A DNA stretch of 63,568 nucleotides, counting the filler, from Octopus bimaculoides (Eukaryota): the NCBI RefSeq assembly GCF_001194135.2. It is 6 parts of 6 records of this genome, joined end to end, with 100 filler letters (N's around TTAATTAATTAA, not from the genome) between each part and the next. Parts side by side here need not be neighbours in the genome. Positions count along the whole stretch, not along the records: positions 33,016 to 42,467 come from NW_026343813.1; positions 42,568 to 62,430 come from NC_068990.1; 4 more parts are not named here. One strand, written 5' to 3'. The notes below the pieces were generated by a model, which worked only from the letters and a program-made list of their open reading frames with translations, had not been told where the DNA came from and ran no database searches. Below are positions 37,531 to 51,273 of this stretch, in pieces; the stretch's first letter is position 1, and each line of letters begins with the position of its first letter. The translations under genes and the position numbers were made by a program.

Positions 37531-38769
37531 AATGGCTTCATATTTTTCCACAAAGGCAGCAATTTTGGGAGAGGAGACGAGTCGATTACATCGACGCCAG
37601 TGTATCACTGGTACTCAATTTATCAACTTCTAAAGGACGAGAACCAAAAGTCGACCTGGGAGGAATTTGAACCCAGAACAGACGAAATACCCGCTAAGCA
37701 TTTCGCCCGGCGTGCTAACGTTTCTGCCAGCTCGCTGCCTTTAATAATAATAATAATAATAACAATAACAACAAACTGTTTATAACAACTACATCTTCCA
37801 CTCTCTCCCCATCCCCTTCTCTCTCTCTCCTTCCCCCTTCCTTTTTCTCTCCCCCACCCCCACGTCACTTCTCTTTCCTCTTCTCATTTTTTTTTTGTTT
37901 CCAGACACGTGACCGGCATATATTTTCTCATTTCCGCCTCCGCCAATGGCGTGTTATATGACGTTTGACTGATTCAGAACGTTAAACAACACGGTTATGG
38001 CGGTACAAGCCTCCGATACGGGGTGCATGTGGGGTGGTGGGTGGTGGTGGTGAGGGGGGCCTCACTTACTGGTGTGGGCNNNNNNNNNNNNNNNNNNNNN
38101 NNNNNNNNNNNNNNNNNNNNNNNNNNNNNNGCCGTTTGCGATAAAGGGGGCAGTATTGGTAACGGTGACTGTGGTGGTGGTAGTAAGGGCAGTGTTGGTG
38201 GTGGTGATAGCGGTGGTGGTGGTAGTAGTTGTAGTAGTAGTGGTCGTAATAGTAGTAGTAGTAGTAGTACTGGTGGTTGTGGTGGTGGTGGTGGTGGTTG
38301 TAGTAGTAGTAGCTGTTGTACTGATGGTGATGGTAGTAGTTGTAATGGTGGTGGAGGTGGTAGTAGTTATAGTAGTAGTAGTAGTAGCGATGGTGGTGAT
38401 ATTCGTGCTGTAGATAATAGAGTGGTGGTGGTGGCGATGGTTGTAGTGGTAGTGATGATGACAGTGGTGGGGGTGATGATGGGGTGGTGGTATTGATGAT
38501 GGTAACAGTGTTGGTGGAAATGATAGTGGTGTCGATGTTAGTGGTGGTGGAGATGGTGGTTAGGGTTAGGGTTTGTTTTGTGGTGCTGCTGTTGCATGTG
38601 GTAGTGTCGATGGCTTCGATGGTATGGCTGTCAACAGCAACGACAAAGCTTATTTAAACATGGTAGAGTTGGCGACGGCAGTAGTGAATTGTGGCGGATA
38701 GCGGTGGCGGATGGTGGTTATATTAGCGTCGGTGTAATGTAGTGGCGCTAAAACATCACATCTAGAAAT

Positions 38770-39210
38770 CTTGTAAAAGAAACAAAAGTTCGAAGATGTC
38801 TGACTGAAAGAAACATCGCCATCTTCTGAACTCATGTCCTCTGGGAAATGAAAGCCTTCGTAAGAACGTTATATGCACATGTACAGTTAAAATGCTAACA
38901 TGCTTTTGTATATATTGGTGGGACGGCTGATTGCTTGAAACGTCGACATCGGAACCACATTGCATCGATTAAAAACGTTAGGAAGAGATATTGCACGTCA
39001 CTCGCTCACTTTGTCTGGAAGCTTAAATAACGAAATGTACAATAAGACATCACATGGATGGTGATAATAAAAAAAAGTGCATATCCGTCCAGTCCGTTCT
39101 CAAGACGTTGCAGTTTTTGTTCTGAGTAGAAGACAAAAACCGCATTAAATAACGTAGTCCGTTATATACTACATCTGAATAAAGACAGGGTGGTCGTATG
39201 TGGAACTTCT
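38770..39210 (+). mobile_element. Penelope-like GIY-YIG endonuclease remnant
   Basis: CLTERNI...YIGGTADCLKRRHRNHIASIK...TSLAHFVWKLK...DITW...AYP...RCSFC matches the PLE GIY-YIG pattern; contains stops. Confidence 0.7.
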
Positions 39211-40097
39211 TTGATTATAATTCAGATTCACTGAGGGTTAACTCAAGGCTAAGCCACAACAAGAAGAACGAAGAACGCATTAGATAATGCAGTCCCAGAT
39301 ACACTATGCCTGAATGGAATTAAAGGATGTACATCGTTGGATCCACCTTTGATCACTGGTCTATAATAGTCAGAACTCACTCGAGGCTAAACAACAACAA
39401 CAACAACAAGAAAAGAAATAACAACGAGGACATTAAAAGCGGCAGCGGCAACATTAACAACAACAACAACGACAACAACAACAAAACTGCAGATTTTCTA
39501 GAGGACAGCACTTCATAATAAATAAATAGATAAATAAATAAATAAAGGAGATTATAAAATAAAAACAAAATGGAATAATATGTCTACCGGAAGCTGGTTA
39601 TAAACAACCGGAAAATGGCGGAGGAGAGAAGAGAGGACGCCATTTTATTCAAGATTTTTAGGCAAACCTACTGAGAGTTTGTTGGCAGTGACTCAATTAT
39701 AAGGACATTTTTTTGTGCGCGTGTGTTTGTATGGATGTGTGTGTGTATACGTATGTATGTATGTATGTATGTATGCATGTATGTATGTATATATGTATGT
39801 ATGTATGTATGAATGTATGTATGTATGTATGTCATCAATGAATGCACATACAAACATACACGTATATATAATAGATGGATATATGTATTTATAGCCATAT
39901 TATACATATACATAATTACATACATACATACATACATACACACAGAAACGTAGCTACATATACTGGTACTGGCTTATATATATGTGTATATATATGTGTG
40001 TATGTGTGTGTGTGTGTGTGTGAATGTGTGTGCGTGTGTGGTTGTGTGCATGGTTGCGTACATGTATGTGTACATATAAATATATTTTAAACATTTT

Positions 40098-40151
<54 letters not shown>

Positions 40152-40220
40152 TTACCTCTGTATATACATGTATATATATATTCTCCCATATATATATATA
40201 CATATGCATGTAGATAAGTG

Positions 40221-40259
<39 letters not shown>

Positions 40260-43104
40260 GAGTGGGTGCGTGTGTGAATGTACATATTTTGATGTATATC
40301 TTTTCGTTCTATAAGAGACATCAGTCACTGAACAATGGCCAGACCGGAGCACAACGTTGATTATTATTATTTTTCTTTTTCGTCAATCACATAAGCACAA
40401 ATCTATATTTCAGACAGATGATGCTCGGGTCATTGATCTCTTTCAATCAATCATACGCAAAGCCACGTATGTAGAGTCACATGACACACAAGCGAAAACA
40501 GAAGCACAAACTTGTATGTCTTCGTATGCAGGTATGTATACAACATATACATATATATATATATATATATANNNNNNNNNNNNNNNNNNNNNNNNNNNNN
40601 NNNNNNNNNNNNNNNNNNNNNNNNNNNNNNNNNNNNNNNNNNNNNNNNNNNNNNNNNNNNNNNNNNNNNNNNNNNNNNNNNNNNNNNNNNNNNNNNNNNN
40701 NNNNNNNNNNNNNNNNNNNNNNNNNATATATATATTACATGTGTGTATGCACATGGGTATATCGTTAGATAGACAGATCCCCACATAAATGCTTATACCT
40801 GTGTAAGCTTGCTTCTCAACCACATGATTCCGGGTTCAGTCCCACTGTGTGGTACCTAGGGCAAGTGTCTTCTGCTGTAACCTCGGGCATACTAAAGCCT
40901 TGTGAGTGGATTTGGTAGACGGAAACTGAAATAAACCTACTATATATATATATAAGTGTCTTTTACTATAGCCTCGGGCCGACCAAAGCCTTGTGAGTGG
41001 ATTTGGTAGACGGAAACTGAAAGAAACCCGTCGTATATATGTATATATATATGCATATGTATATGTGTGTGTGTGTGTGTGTGATGTGTGTGTATGTCTG
41101 CATGCGTACATGTATATACATGCATTCAGCCATACCTGTGTAGGTAAATACATACATATACATATCCACACACACACACACACACACATGAATGAGCGTT
41201 ATTTTTCAACGTAAATTCGTTACGTAGGTCTATTCCCCGCTCCCCCACTCTCACTCTCTTTCCCAGTTTCTCAGCCCGCTACTTACACTCCCTTCTTCGC
41301 TCTGTGTGTATGTATGTATGTGTGTGTGTGTGTGTGTGTATTTATCCTGTCACGCTTGGTATGTGTCCGTGAAAAAACAGATTACTAGTCAAATTGAAAA
41401 GCTGAAAAAACACCGAACTCACTCAACCGTCTCCTAAACTGTGTGTATCGCAAGCCTTGCTTTGTTTGTCATTAACCTGCTCCACTGAGTTCTTTATATT
41501 TAACTCCAGACACACGTGCTGACAACGAGACATCAATATTGCTAGAAATGGCAGTAAAATCACCGTGAATTCGCACTCTGCTGCCTTATGCATGTGCATA
41601 TGTATGAGTAGATGAGGGAGAACACTAAGTGGCAGATAGATCTGCTAGAAGTGGCTGCCGAATCTTTCTCAAATCACACTCCGTAGCCTGATGTATGTAT
41701 TTATATGCATGCATGGGTGAATGTATGTAAGATCAAATGAGAATATGGCCAAACCTAGTAGAAATAGCAGCCAAATAACCCTCAAATCATTCCTACTGTT
41801 TTATGTATGTATGCATGTATTAAGATAAAACTTACTTGGAAAAGGATGCGTGGCGTTCGGTCATATAATAATATAAATAATATATAAATATATTCATATA
41901 TTCATACATATATGTACGTAGCGACATATATATGTATACATACATGCATATATGGGTACAGGACATCAAAAAAACGTTAAACACAATCAGAAACGAAAAA
42001 CGAAAATATAAAAACGAAAACAGAAAACGAACTTTTTTCGAACAACGAAAAAGACAGAGAAACGAGACATGCAACATAAAGAGTATATCCCTTCGTTAGT
42101 TGTCCCTGTCCATTGAAACGCAGAGTATAACCTCGGGCCGACCAACGCCTTGTGAATAGATTTGATAGGCGGAAACTGAAAGAAGCCCGTCGTGTATTTT
42201 AAAAGAAAAACAAAATGGCTGATCGTATTCTACTTGATCAGGGGTGACTTTGGGCTAAATCACAATAAGAATAATATTATCCTGATCACTATTAGTAACC
42301 TGACATCAACTGTAGCGTCGTTATCACCGATAAGAGAGAGGGAGAGAGAGAGGGGGGGGGGAGAGATGCTTTTAACAAACACAAGAACAATAATACGAAG
42401 AACAAGAGAAATGCACAAACAATAAAGACCTCCCTCCCACACGCCTTTACTCCACATCATACCGCTCNNNNNNNNNNNNNNNNNNNNNNNNNNNNNNNNN
42501 NNNNNNNNNNNTTAATTAATTAANNNNNNNNNNNNNNNNNNNNNNNNNNNNNNNNNNNNNNNNNNNNTAATCTATGACATTGTATGTATCACTTTCTCTC
42601 TCTCTCTCCCTCTCCCTCTTTAACTCTTACTCTCTATATTTTTATGTTGAGCGCGTGTGTAAGAATGGCGTTCCAGGTAGAAGGGATGAAATATAAAAGT
42701 TGCTAGAAACAACAGCCAAATCTCCCTTAAATCACACAAAGTAAATGGAATTTTAAAAATCTAATTACTGCACTGGAAAGTTCAGATCGAGAAAATTCCA
42801 TTGATGTAAAAAATTTTTACGAAAAAGTGGAAAATGTGGATTTCTATAAACATTCAAAAAGGCTTCACACAGACACACAACTTCAGATTTATATATTAAG
42901 ATAAGATGATGAAAAATCACAAAAAGCAGCATGATACTATGAGATCCATGCTAGCATGAGAAAAAGGATATAAAATGATGTTGATGGTGTATTGGAAGTA
43001 ATATTGTGTTTTGATGTTTTAAAACAGTAAATTTGTTTATTGGCCTGTGAACAGCATGTTGGTTTGTCCAGTACAAATTGACAAGTTAACTGTTATCATT
43101 GCAG

Positions 43105-43215
43105 CAACTCGATCATCCAAATGTTATAAAATATTTAGCATCATTTATTGAGGAAAATGAACTGAACATTGTACTTGAACTTGCCGATGCTGGAGACTTG
43201 TCCCGCATGATAAAG
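43105..43215 (+). CDS. NEK7: NEK6/7 serine/threonine kinase, internal exon (111 nt)
   Basis: AG/GT boundaries, phase 0-0. [37 protein letters not shown]. Confidence 0.97.
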
Positions 43216-44503
43216 GTTTGTTCTATTAGTAATATTATTTGGAGTACAAAAGTGCATGGTAGACTGGCAGAATCAATGAAGTATTATACAAAAGGGGTCT
43301 GTAGACTTGTGCAGATACCAGGTGCCATACAAAAGAGAGTAGTTAGCAGAATCAGTGGAGCACCATTCAAAAATGCCTTGCTATATTTTGTTATTCACAT
43401 TCTGCATTTAAATCGTACTTTATTGATCATTCTGAGGATCAATAAACTAGTGCCAGTCAGTGTTCTCTAAGCTGTATGTATATGTACACATTTTGCAATC
43501 ACTGCACTAAAGAAATAATTGTGCACATATCCTGGGTGTGTGCACATACTTTTGACACTCATGTGTTGTTGTCCCCTTGCCTTGACATCACGTAATAGTT
43601 GTAAATTAGTGTTACTGTCATGCAAGCAGTGTCCTATGTTTCCAGTCTTTTGTGTAAACATGTCTGGTCATGGGAAAATATTACCTTATTTGGAAACAGG
43701 TTACAGTTGATGACAGGAAAGGCATCCATCTGTAGAAAATCCACCTTAACAAATTCCATCAGACCCATGTGAGCATGGAAAAGTGAACATTAAAATGATG
43801 ATGATACTTTTGTCTCAGGAAATAAGATTTTTGCACACTGACCTGTAAAAATTGGAGGGAACATTGCAGTCAAATACTTATAAACTGTGTCCCCTATTGC
43901 AAAATTGCTGTATTGGTGCTGTGCATATCAAAATATTGCTACTCAGTTTAGTTTCAGATTTTGGCACATGGCCATTAATACAACGCCAGTGCTCCATTGC
44001 TGTTAATTTCATTGATCCTGAAGGAGGAAAGACGTCAACCACAGCAGCATTTGAACTCAGAATGCAAAGTTATAAGAAATGCCACTAAGCACTTTTTCCA
44101 GTGCTGTAAACAATTCTGCCAGCTTGCTGCCTTAAATATTGCCACTCATTTTAATTTAAAATTATGTGCTTAAAGTTCGAGTCCCACAGATTAGGTTTAG
44201 ATTTTAAACACATGCTCAAAGCATAAAAAGCTCTGCTCAGTATTTGGAAACAGTTGAAGTGAATGTTGCTTCTCACCATAATTTGTGCTAGTGTTTGAAA
44301 CCAATATTGCTGTAAAGCAAAGCTGACAGAGGATAATTCTGAGACTGGATTAATTTCATTAACAGCTAGCTTAATGACTTCTATATCTTGTTATATTTGA
44401 TATACATCTACATTGTTTTACGCAGCCTTCATTTTTATTTCTCCCTCCCTCTCTACCTTTCTCTTTCTCTTTCTCTCACTCTGTTCCTTTTCTGTTATCC
44501 CAG

Positions 44504-44612
44504 CATTTCAAACAGCGTAGCCGGCTGATTCCTGAGAAAACCATCTGGAAGTACTTCATTCAGATTTGCAGTGCCCTGGAGCACATGCATTCTCGTAGGA
44601 TTATGCACAGAG
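44504..44612 (+). CDS. NEK7: NEK6/7 kinase internal exon (109 nt)
   Basis: CAG/GTAAG boundaries, phase 0-1. HFKQRSRLIPEKTIWKYFIQICSALEHMHSRRIMHR; joins the next exon to form HRD. Confidence 0.97.
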
Positions 44613-44713
44613 GTAAGGTAGCTAGTTAACTGCAATCTCTTTTATTTCCAACTAGTAACAAGACAGTGGCATTGATAGCCTAGTTATAGAGCTCTGATGT
44701 TTTATAGTATCTA

Positions 44714-45895
44714 TCAGGTCATTAAGAATGAAATGGCTGATTTTGAACTGAAAGTTTATTTTACTTTATCTCAACAAAAAGCAATGCAATTAATCAAAGT
44801 ATGCACCTAAATTAGCAACACAATCTTAGCATTTTATCAATAGCTTATTTATGCTGGCAGTGAAGAATTCTGGAGAACAAGAGATGATGAAATTACGAAA
44901 GGTTGTTTTTGCATCTCCTTCAGATTTGAAGTTTTTTCCTTGCAAAAAGTTGTCTAATGCCTGGAAAAATGATAGCCAGTTGGGGCAGGGTCTGTGAATA
45001 CGTTGAATGACAGAGTACTTCCAAGTTCAGTTCCTATAACTTGAGTAGCGTTCTTTGTGCAACATGTGGTTGAGCATTGTCTTGCAAGAGAACTGGCCTG
45101 TCTCTATTGACCGATCTCAGTTGTTTAATTTGCAAGTTCACTTATCATTTCATCCAATTGGTTGATACCAGGTCTCAAGAAGCTGTAGTGGATGACACCA
45201 GCGTTACACTATCAAACAAACACCATTAGCTTTTTTTGGTGAATATTCTTTTTTGGATTGTGTTTTGGCACTTTGTCTCTATCCAACTACTGTGCAGAAT
45301 GCTTGCTAATATTGAAAACAATCCATTTTTCATTATACATAACAATACGATGCAAAAATGGTTCGCTTTTATACCATGACAGCAAAGAACAGTAAGTTTC
45401 AAGACGTGTCATTTGATGCTCGTTCAGTTCATTTGATACCCAATTGTCCAGCTTCTTTACCTTGCTGATTTGTTTCAGATGGTTCCAAATACAGTTGGAA
45501 TTGAGACATCAAACCTTACTGCTAACTCAGGTGCAATTTGAGATGTATCTGCTTCCACTGTTTCCAACTCATCAATACCCACCTTAGTCTCAAGTCTACC
45601 ACAGGGCTTATTTTCAAGAGTAAAGTCACCCGACTGGAACTTCTCAAACATACAGTGTGCTCAGTCACCACATCTTCACCAAACACCTCATTGATGTTTC
45701 AAGCTGTCTGGGATGCATTGGATTCCATGGGTTCACAAAAATTGATTTACAAGACACCATGAATTGCATTTCAGAAAGTGATGATATAACTCTTCAATGT
45801 TGTAAAACAAAGAATTCTCAGGATAATACATTAGAGTTAATGACTGTCAAACTTGGTGCATAAGAAAATTGGACATTTCATTCTTAATGACATGA
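44714..45895 (-). mobile_element. Near full-length decayed mariner transposon in a NEK intron
   Basis: TIRs TCAGGTCATTAAGAATGAAATG and (rc) TCATGTCATTAAGAATGAAATG, TA on both flanks. Minus translation retains KKLMVFV..AGVIHYSFLRPG..QLDEM and GINKL..C..LGAYF. Confidence 0.85.
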
Positions 45896-46049
45896 TAGTA
45901 TGGTGCTTCATTGTTCTGGAAACCAGTGAAGCTAACGTCAGCTTTGTCTTTTATTCTTTGTTAGTGTCATAGAATGATGTTGCTAAAATAAATAACACAA
46001 CACAGAGATTACAAATGATTTCATTTCATATAGGAAATTTATGTTATTA

Positions 46050-46836
46050 CTAGCAATGCACCCGGGTGTTATGACCTACAGCCACATTGTATTATTTGTT
46101 CCTTATTTATGGACAGAATTGGCACATGAGGAGTATGAAGCAAACAACTATTCTTTATAGACATGTTTTTCAGTCATTTTCTGATGAACAATTCTACAGT
46201 TTTACATCATCTGGAAAGTCATTAGTTGAACTATTAGTCCTCTTGCATTCTGGGGGGTATCAGAGCGTTTGAGTGACATTAGACCCCAACAAACGCCCAT
46301 AAATTAAATGCATCTATCTGGGACACGATCATGACCTGTGCCTAACAGCCATGATTGTGGCCCGTCACGCTTTCTGTTAAAACATACCCTTTCATCAAAA
46401 GGACACAGATTTACAGTATTTCAGGAAGAAAGACAAAAAATAATGTGCTGGGTCTGCTACATCAGAGGCAACTCTGGGCTAAACAAAACACAGACAAACA
46501 TACTTCACATTAAAAGATTATCTACTAAATACTTATAAAGTTGACGGTATGTCTTCAAAGTTTCATTTCCTGGTAAAACTCCATGTATTTTAAACATTTT
46601 CTCATTATGCTCTATCTAAGGCATAAAAATTGTTCAGGCAGCTAAAGACCTCAAAATTGTGCGACCCAATCTCGGTTTTGAGGTTATTTTTGTAGTAAAA
46701 AAGAGTTGTACAAAAAACATACTTTATTTGGTAGCCGAAAGATTACTAAATCTTTTGATACCTTGTACATCAAAATCAGCAACTCAGTTTTCAAATCCAT
46801 GAAGAACATACACAAATGTTTTATATATTAAGAAGA
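46050..46836 (-). mobile_element. Non-autonomous Helitron-like element
   Basis: On minus: 5' A|TCTTCTTAATATATAAAAC, and 3' palindrome CACCCGGGTG followed by CTAG|T. Confidence 0.6.
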
Positions 46837-47961
46837 TATAGGAATCTGTATTATTTCATTTCCTATAGGAATCTATATTTAGCTTTGCTCAAAAATAGTT
46901 TTAGACTAATATCTTATGTATCTCACATTGCAGCATTAGTAAAGTAAGAGCCACACATATAATCTCTCTCTCTCATTCCCCCTTCCCCCCACCATTCACA
47001 TTATTTATAGTTAAGTCAATATCTATGAAATCCAACTAGGTTGAAACTGCAGCCTAGTGATTAGGGGTGTTCAGTTCATGGTAATAAGATTGTAGATTCA
47101 GTTCTTGAATAAGGTAACATGTGTTCTTGAGCAAGGTATTTCATTTCACATTGCTCACGTCAACTTAGCTGAAATGAGTACCAGCCATGGTACTGGTGCA
47201 GGATATTCTGCAGGGGCAGGGGGCGAGAGGGTTCCTGTGTATACACATGACTACAAAAGCACCTAAAATAATTAGCAAAGCATGGGACAGGTTACCAAGC
47301 CATACTCATTGGCAAGTGATGCCTTACTGTACCATACTTGATATGTTGAGCCTGTTTGTCAAAAAATATAGTCATGATATGGAACTAACATTAATCAATT
47401 AAATTTCTGAGGTTGAAAATAAAGATTATGTACAAAAAAATTATCAATATTTTATTAATATTATTTTACACTTTTAATCCAAATAGAAGAGTCAGGGCCC
47501 ATATTTTATGCAGGACCTCTCAGACATAGATTTCTGCAAGTTGATGTCTGTAGGGAGAAAATGTGAGTAGAGAGGCAGTTCCAAAAGTTAGTAGTTATTG
47601 GAAAGTATTCATACAGGATTTAGAGGCAAGTCACTTTAAGGATGGCAATAAAATGAGTGTTGTTTAGTCCAAGGCCAACTCTGCTTCAGTAGACATAATA
47701 AAAGGCATTCCAGACTCTTAGAACTACATTAGATAATGTATCTTTTCTTTATACTTAAGCTGATTTGACCTCAATTTCTAGGAGGTCAAGTGACTATGTA
47801 GATAGAGGCTCCTGCATGAGCTTTAAAAAAAGGAGTAGATGCATTTGGTAACTGATGATCGTGGTATACAGATTGTCATTTTGAAAGTGCAGCAATCATA
47901 GTAAATCAGAAGTTGACTGCAGTCTGTCAGTATGCTAAAGTGTGGGGAATGTTAGTAAGTG

Positions 47962-49650
47962 TCATTATCATCATCATCGTTTAACGTCCGTTTTCCATGC
48001 TGGCATGGGTTGGACAGTTTGACTGGGGTCTGGGAAGCCAGGAGGCTGCACCAGGCCCCAATCTGATCTGGCAGTGTTTCTACAGCAGGATGCCCTTCCT
48101 AACGCCAACCACTCCAAGAGTGTAGTGGGCGCTTTTTACATGCCACCAGCACGGGCCAGAGGAGCTGGCATCGACCACGATCGGATGGTGCTTTTTACAT
48201 GCCACAGGCCCAGAAGCCAGTCAAGGCGTTGCTGGCATCGGCCATGTTCGGATGGTGCTTTTTACGTGCCACTCACATGGGGATCACAACTACAATTTCC
48301 ATTTGATTTTCATTTTGATGTTGATGTCCTTGACTCAATAGATCTCCTCAAGCACAGCATGTCGCCCTACTATCCAAGGTACTTTTGAGTGGGCTGGTTA
48401 TGCAACACTGGTGTAGGTTACAGCTGTGAACTCACTTTATTTGCCAGGTCTTCTCAGTCACAGCATACCCCCAGAGATCTTGGTCTTTTGACATTGCCTC
48501 TGTGAGGCCTGACGTTCGATGGTCATGCTTCACCACCTCGTCCCATGTCTTCCTGGGTCTCCCTCTACCCCGGATTCCTTCCACTGTTTGAGAGTGGCAC
48601 TTCTTCACACAGCTCTCCTCATCTATCCGCAGTACATGACCATACCAAATCAAACGTCTCTCTTGCACGCCACATCCGATGCTTCTTATGTCTAACATTT
48701 CTCTCAGGGTTCTTAAACTCTGTTGTGTGTGCACACTGTCAATACACATCCAGCGGATCATGCTAGCTTCATTTCTTTTGAGCCTATGCATGTCTTCAGC
48801 AGTCACAGCCCATATTTCACTGCTGTGAAGCATGGCAGTTTGCACACATTCATCGCACAATCTACCTTTCACTCTGAGCTAGAGGCCCTTTGTCACCAGT
48901 GGGGGTAGAAGCTTTCTGAACTTTGCCCAGGCTATTCTTATTCTCTGAGCATCCACCACCACTACAGACTTGGTCACCTAGGTAGTGGAAGCTATCAACT
49001 ACTCTTAGTTTCTTCCCCTGGCGTGTGATGGAGTCTGTTTTCTAAACATCTGTGGTGTTTATTACCCCTGTGCATCTGCTGCATACAAAAGCTATCTTCC
49101 TGGTTCATCTGCCTTTGATGTTGCTGCACCTCTTCTGTGTCCATAGCTTACACTGGGTACATCTTATGGAGTTTCTACCTACACCTTTTCTACAGATCGA
49201 GCAGGGCCACCTACCTGAAGGGATGTGTGATGTATTCGCCTTCCTACTTACTAGAACTTTGGTCTTTGCAACATTGACTCTAAGGCTCTTCGATTCTAAA
49301 CCTTGCTTCCACACTTGAAGTTTCTTCTCTAGTTCTTGTAGTGATTCTGCTATGAGGGCCAGGTCATCAGCATAGAGAAGCTCCCAGGGGCAACCCATCT
49401 TGAATTCCTTTGTTATTGTCTGGAGGACTATGATGAATAAAAGGGGACTGAGGGCTGATCCTTGGTGGACCCCCTACTTCTACCCGAAATTCTTCACTAT
49501 ACTCATTTCCAATCCCAACCCTACTAACGGCTTCTCTGTATAGGGCCTGTACAGCCCTTATTAACCATTCGTCAATCCCCAGTTTCCGCATCGCTCACCA
49601 GATAAGGGATTAGTGGACCCTGTCAAAGGCTTTCTCCAGGTCCACAAAAG
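47962..49650 (-). mobile_element. 5'-truncated RTE LINE (RT plus 3' UTR plus (GAT)n)
   Basis: AFVDLEKAFDRV, PWELLYADDLALIAES, KGRLCDECVQTAMLHSSEIW, RLIWYGHVLR..GRGRPRKTW. Confidence 0.92.
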
Positions 49651-51165
49651 CCAAATATAGGGGTATCAGTCCAATGACTTTTTTTTCTAGAATATTTTTG
49701 CAGTATATCAAATATCTATGCACAAGCATACCGTCTAGATATGTGAGCATTACTGTTGTGTAGAGCACACTTGTACCTTGTAATAGGATTAGATGTTGTT
49801 CAGAAGCTTCTGTTCCTGAAGAAAAAGCATATTCATTGAGATAATAAACACAGTAATAAATAATTAGGTTTGCATAGGTCTTGTAATTAATATCCAAGTA
49901 AGATACAAGCAAATGTGGCAAAAAAAAAAAAAGAAAGCAGCAACAAACAAGAATACAAAGTCATAGATGCTGTACAGAAAAGAAAGGAAGCTAAATTAAC
50001 ATTTCAAGCAGTAGTCCTTTGTCAAGACAGAATGAAAGGATGGAAAAGAAAAACAAAACAAAAAAACACACCATGTCACATATTTGAATGGCAATTGAGA
50101 AGTAGTGGAGTAAAGAAGGTGTCTTTATTAAATTTTTTTTTTTTTTTTTACAAAATGAGTGAGAAGGGAGTGTACAGAAAGTATACATGGCAATCCTGGA
50201 AGAGTGAGGAAGGATGTGAAGCAGATTTATGTAGTGATGTGAAATGAAGTACAGTATATTTGTCCATACTGTGTGTGTGTGTGTGTGTGAGAGAGAGGGC
50301 AAGCAAGCAGCAAGTTATGAATGTATGAACAAGGTTGTGTTCATCTGGTGAGTAAGGCATCACAGTCTGAGTGGTGAAGAAGGGCAATATGAAGTATGTG
50401 TATCTGTATGCAGTGTAACATGGATCCTTCACCAGCTCCTGTGCCTATTGCAACACCTACATCACTCACTTCATGCACAATATCACCACCCTACATAGAC
50501 TTCGGTCATTTTTCCATGTTATGGATTATTCATCTGCACTTCTGAAAATGTTGTATCAAAGACCAACTCTGTGGTTTATTGTATATAGGGAAAACTGGTT
50601 GGAGGTTAGCCAATCATTTTAAGGAACATTTATTGGGTGTTTGAGACAACAACACTGGATTACTCAGGTCTGTAGCCTACCACTTTAAATCTCCAGACCA
50701 CTCACAAGTGCATCTTGCTGTCTGTTAAATTATACAGCATCATGGTCCTCCTCTTCCCTTGCTTTATCATGAACAACAACTGATCTACTTAAACACAGCT
50801 GCCTCTGCCAGTATTAAAAATAGACTTGCTTTCTTCTAATCCACTTCAAACACATGCATGCATGCTATACTTCACCATTCCTTTTCTACCTATACTCTCA
50901 CACTGCATACAGACACACACTCCACATCACCTGCCTTCTCTATCCATACAACTCACACATACATCCTTCCATCATACACTCATACTCTGATATCTTGCCC
51001 ACACCATCTACTAACACTTTGCATTACACATCATACACATATTTGTACATAGGCTTACACTTAATTCCTTATTCATTCACTTCACATCACTACTTTTTAT
51101 ATATGTTACACATACATAAAATTCTATTTAAATTTGTTTTAATTAACTTTAAATTTCCCTTTCAG

Positions 51166-51273
51166 ACATAAAGCCTGCCAATGTCTTCATTACAGCACAA
51201 GGAAAAGTAAAATTGGGTGATTTAGGTCTTGGACGATTTTTCAGTTCTAAGACTACTGCAGCCCATTCTCTTG
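51166..51273 (+). CDS. NEK7: NEK6/7 kinase internal exon (108 nt)
   Basis: TTCAG/GTGAGT boundaries, phase 1-1. (D)[35 protein letters not shown]. Confidence 0.97.

Noticed and set aside
38023-38496. Gly/Ser-rich 157-aa ORF
   Set aside because: Translation of degenerate (GGT)n/(AGT)n microsatellites, with no splice or homology support.
43216-43470. Extension of the ORF-track entry 43099-43470 beyond DLSRMIK
   Set aside because: Read-through into the intron; homology ends exactly at the GT donor at 43216.
49660-49921. Minus-strand frame with an acceptor-like TTTTCTTCAG fused to the RTE RT motif
   Set aside because: The upstream part has no recognisable homology and the donor is weak; most likely a chance open frame abutting the truncated LINE.
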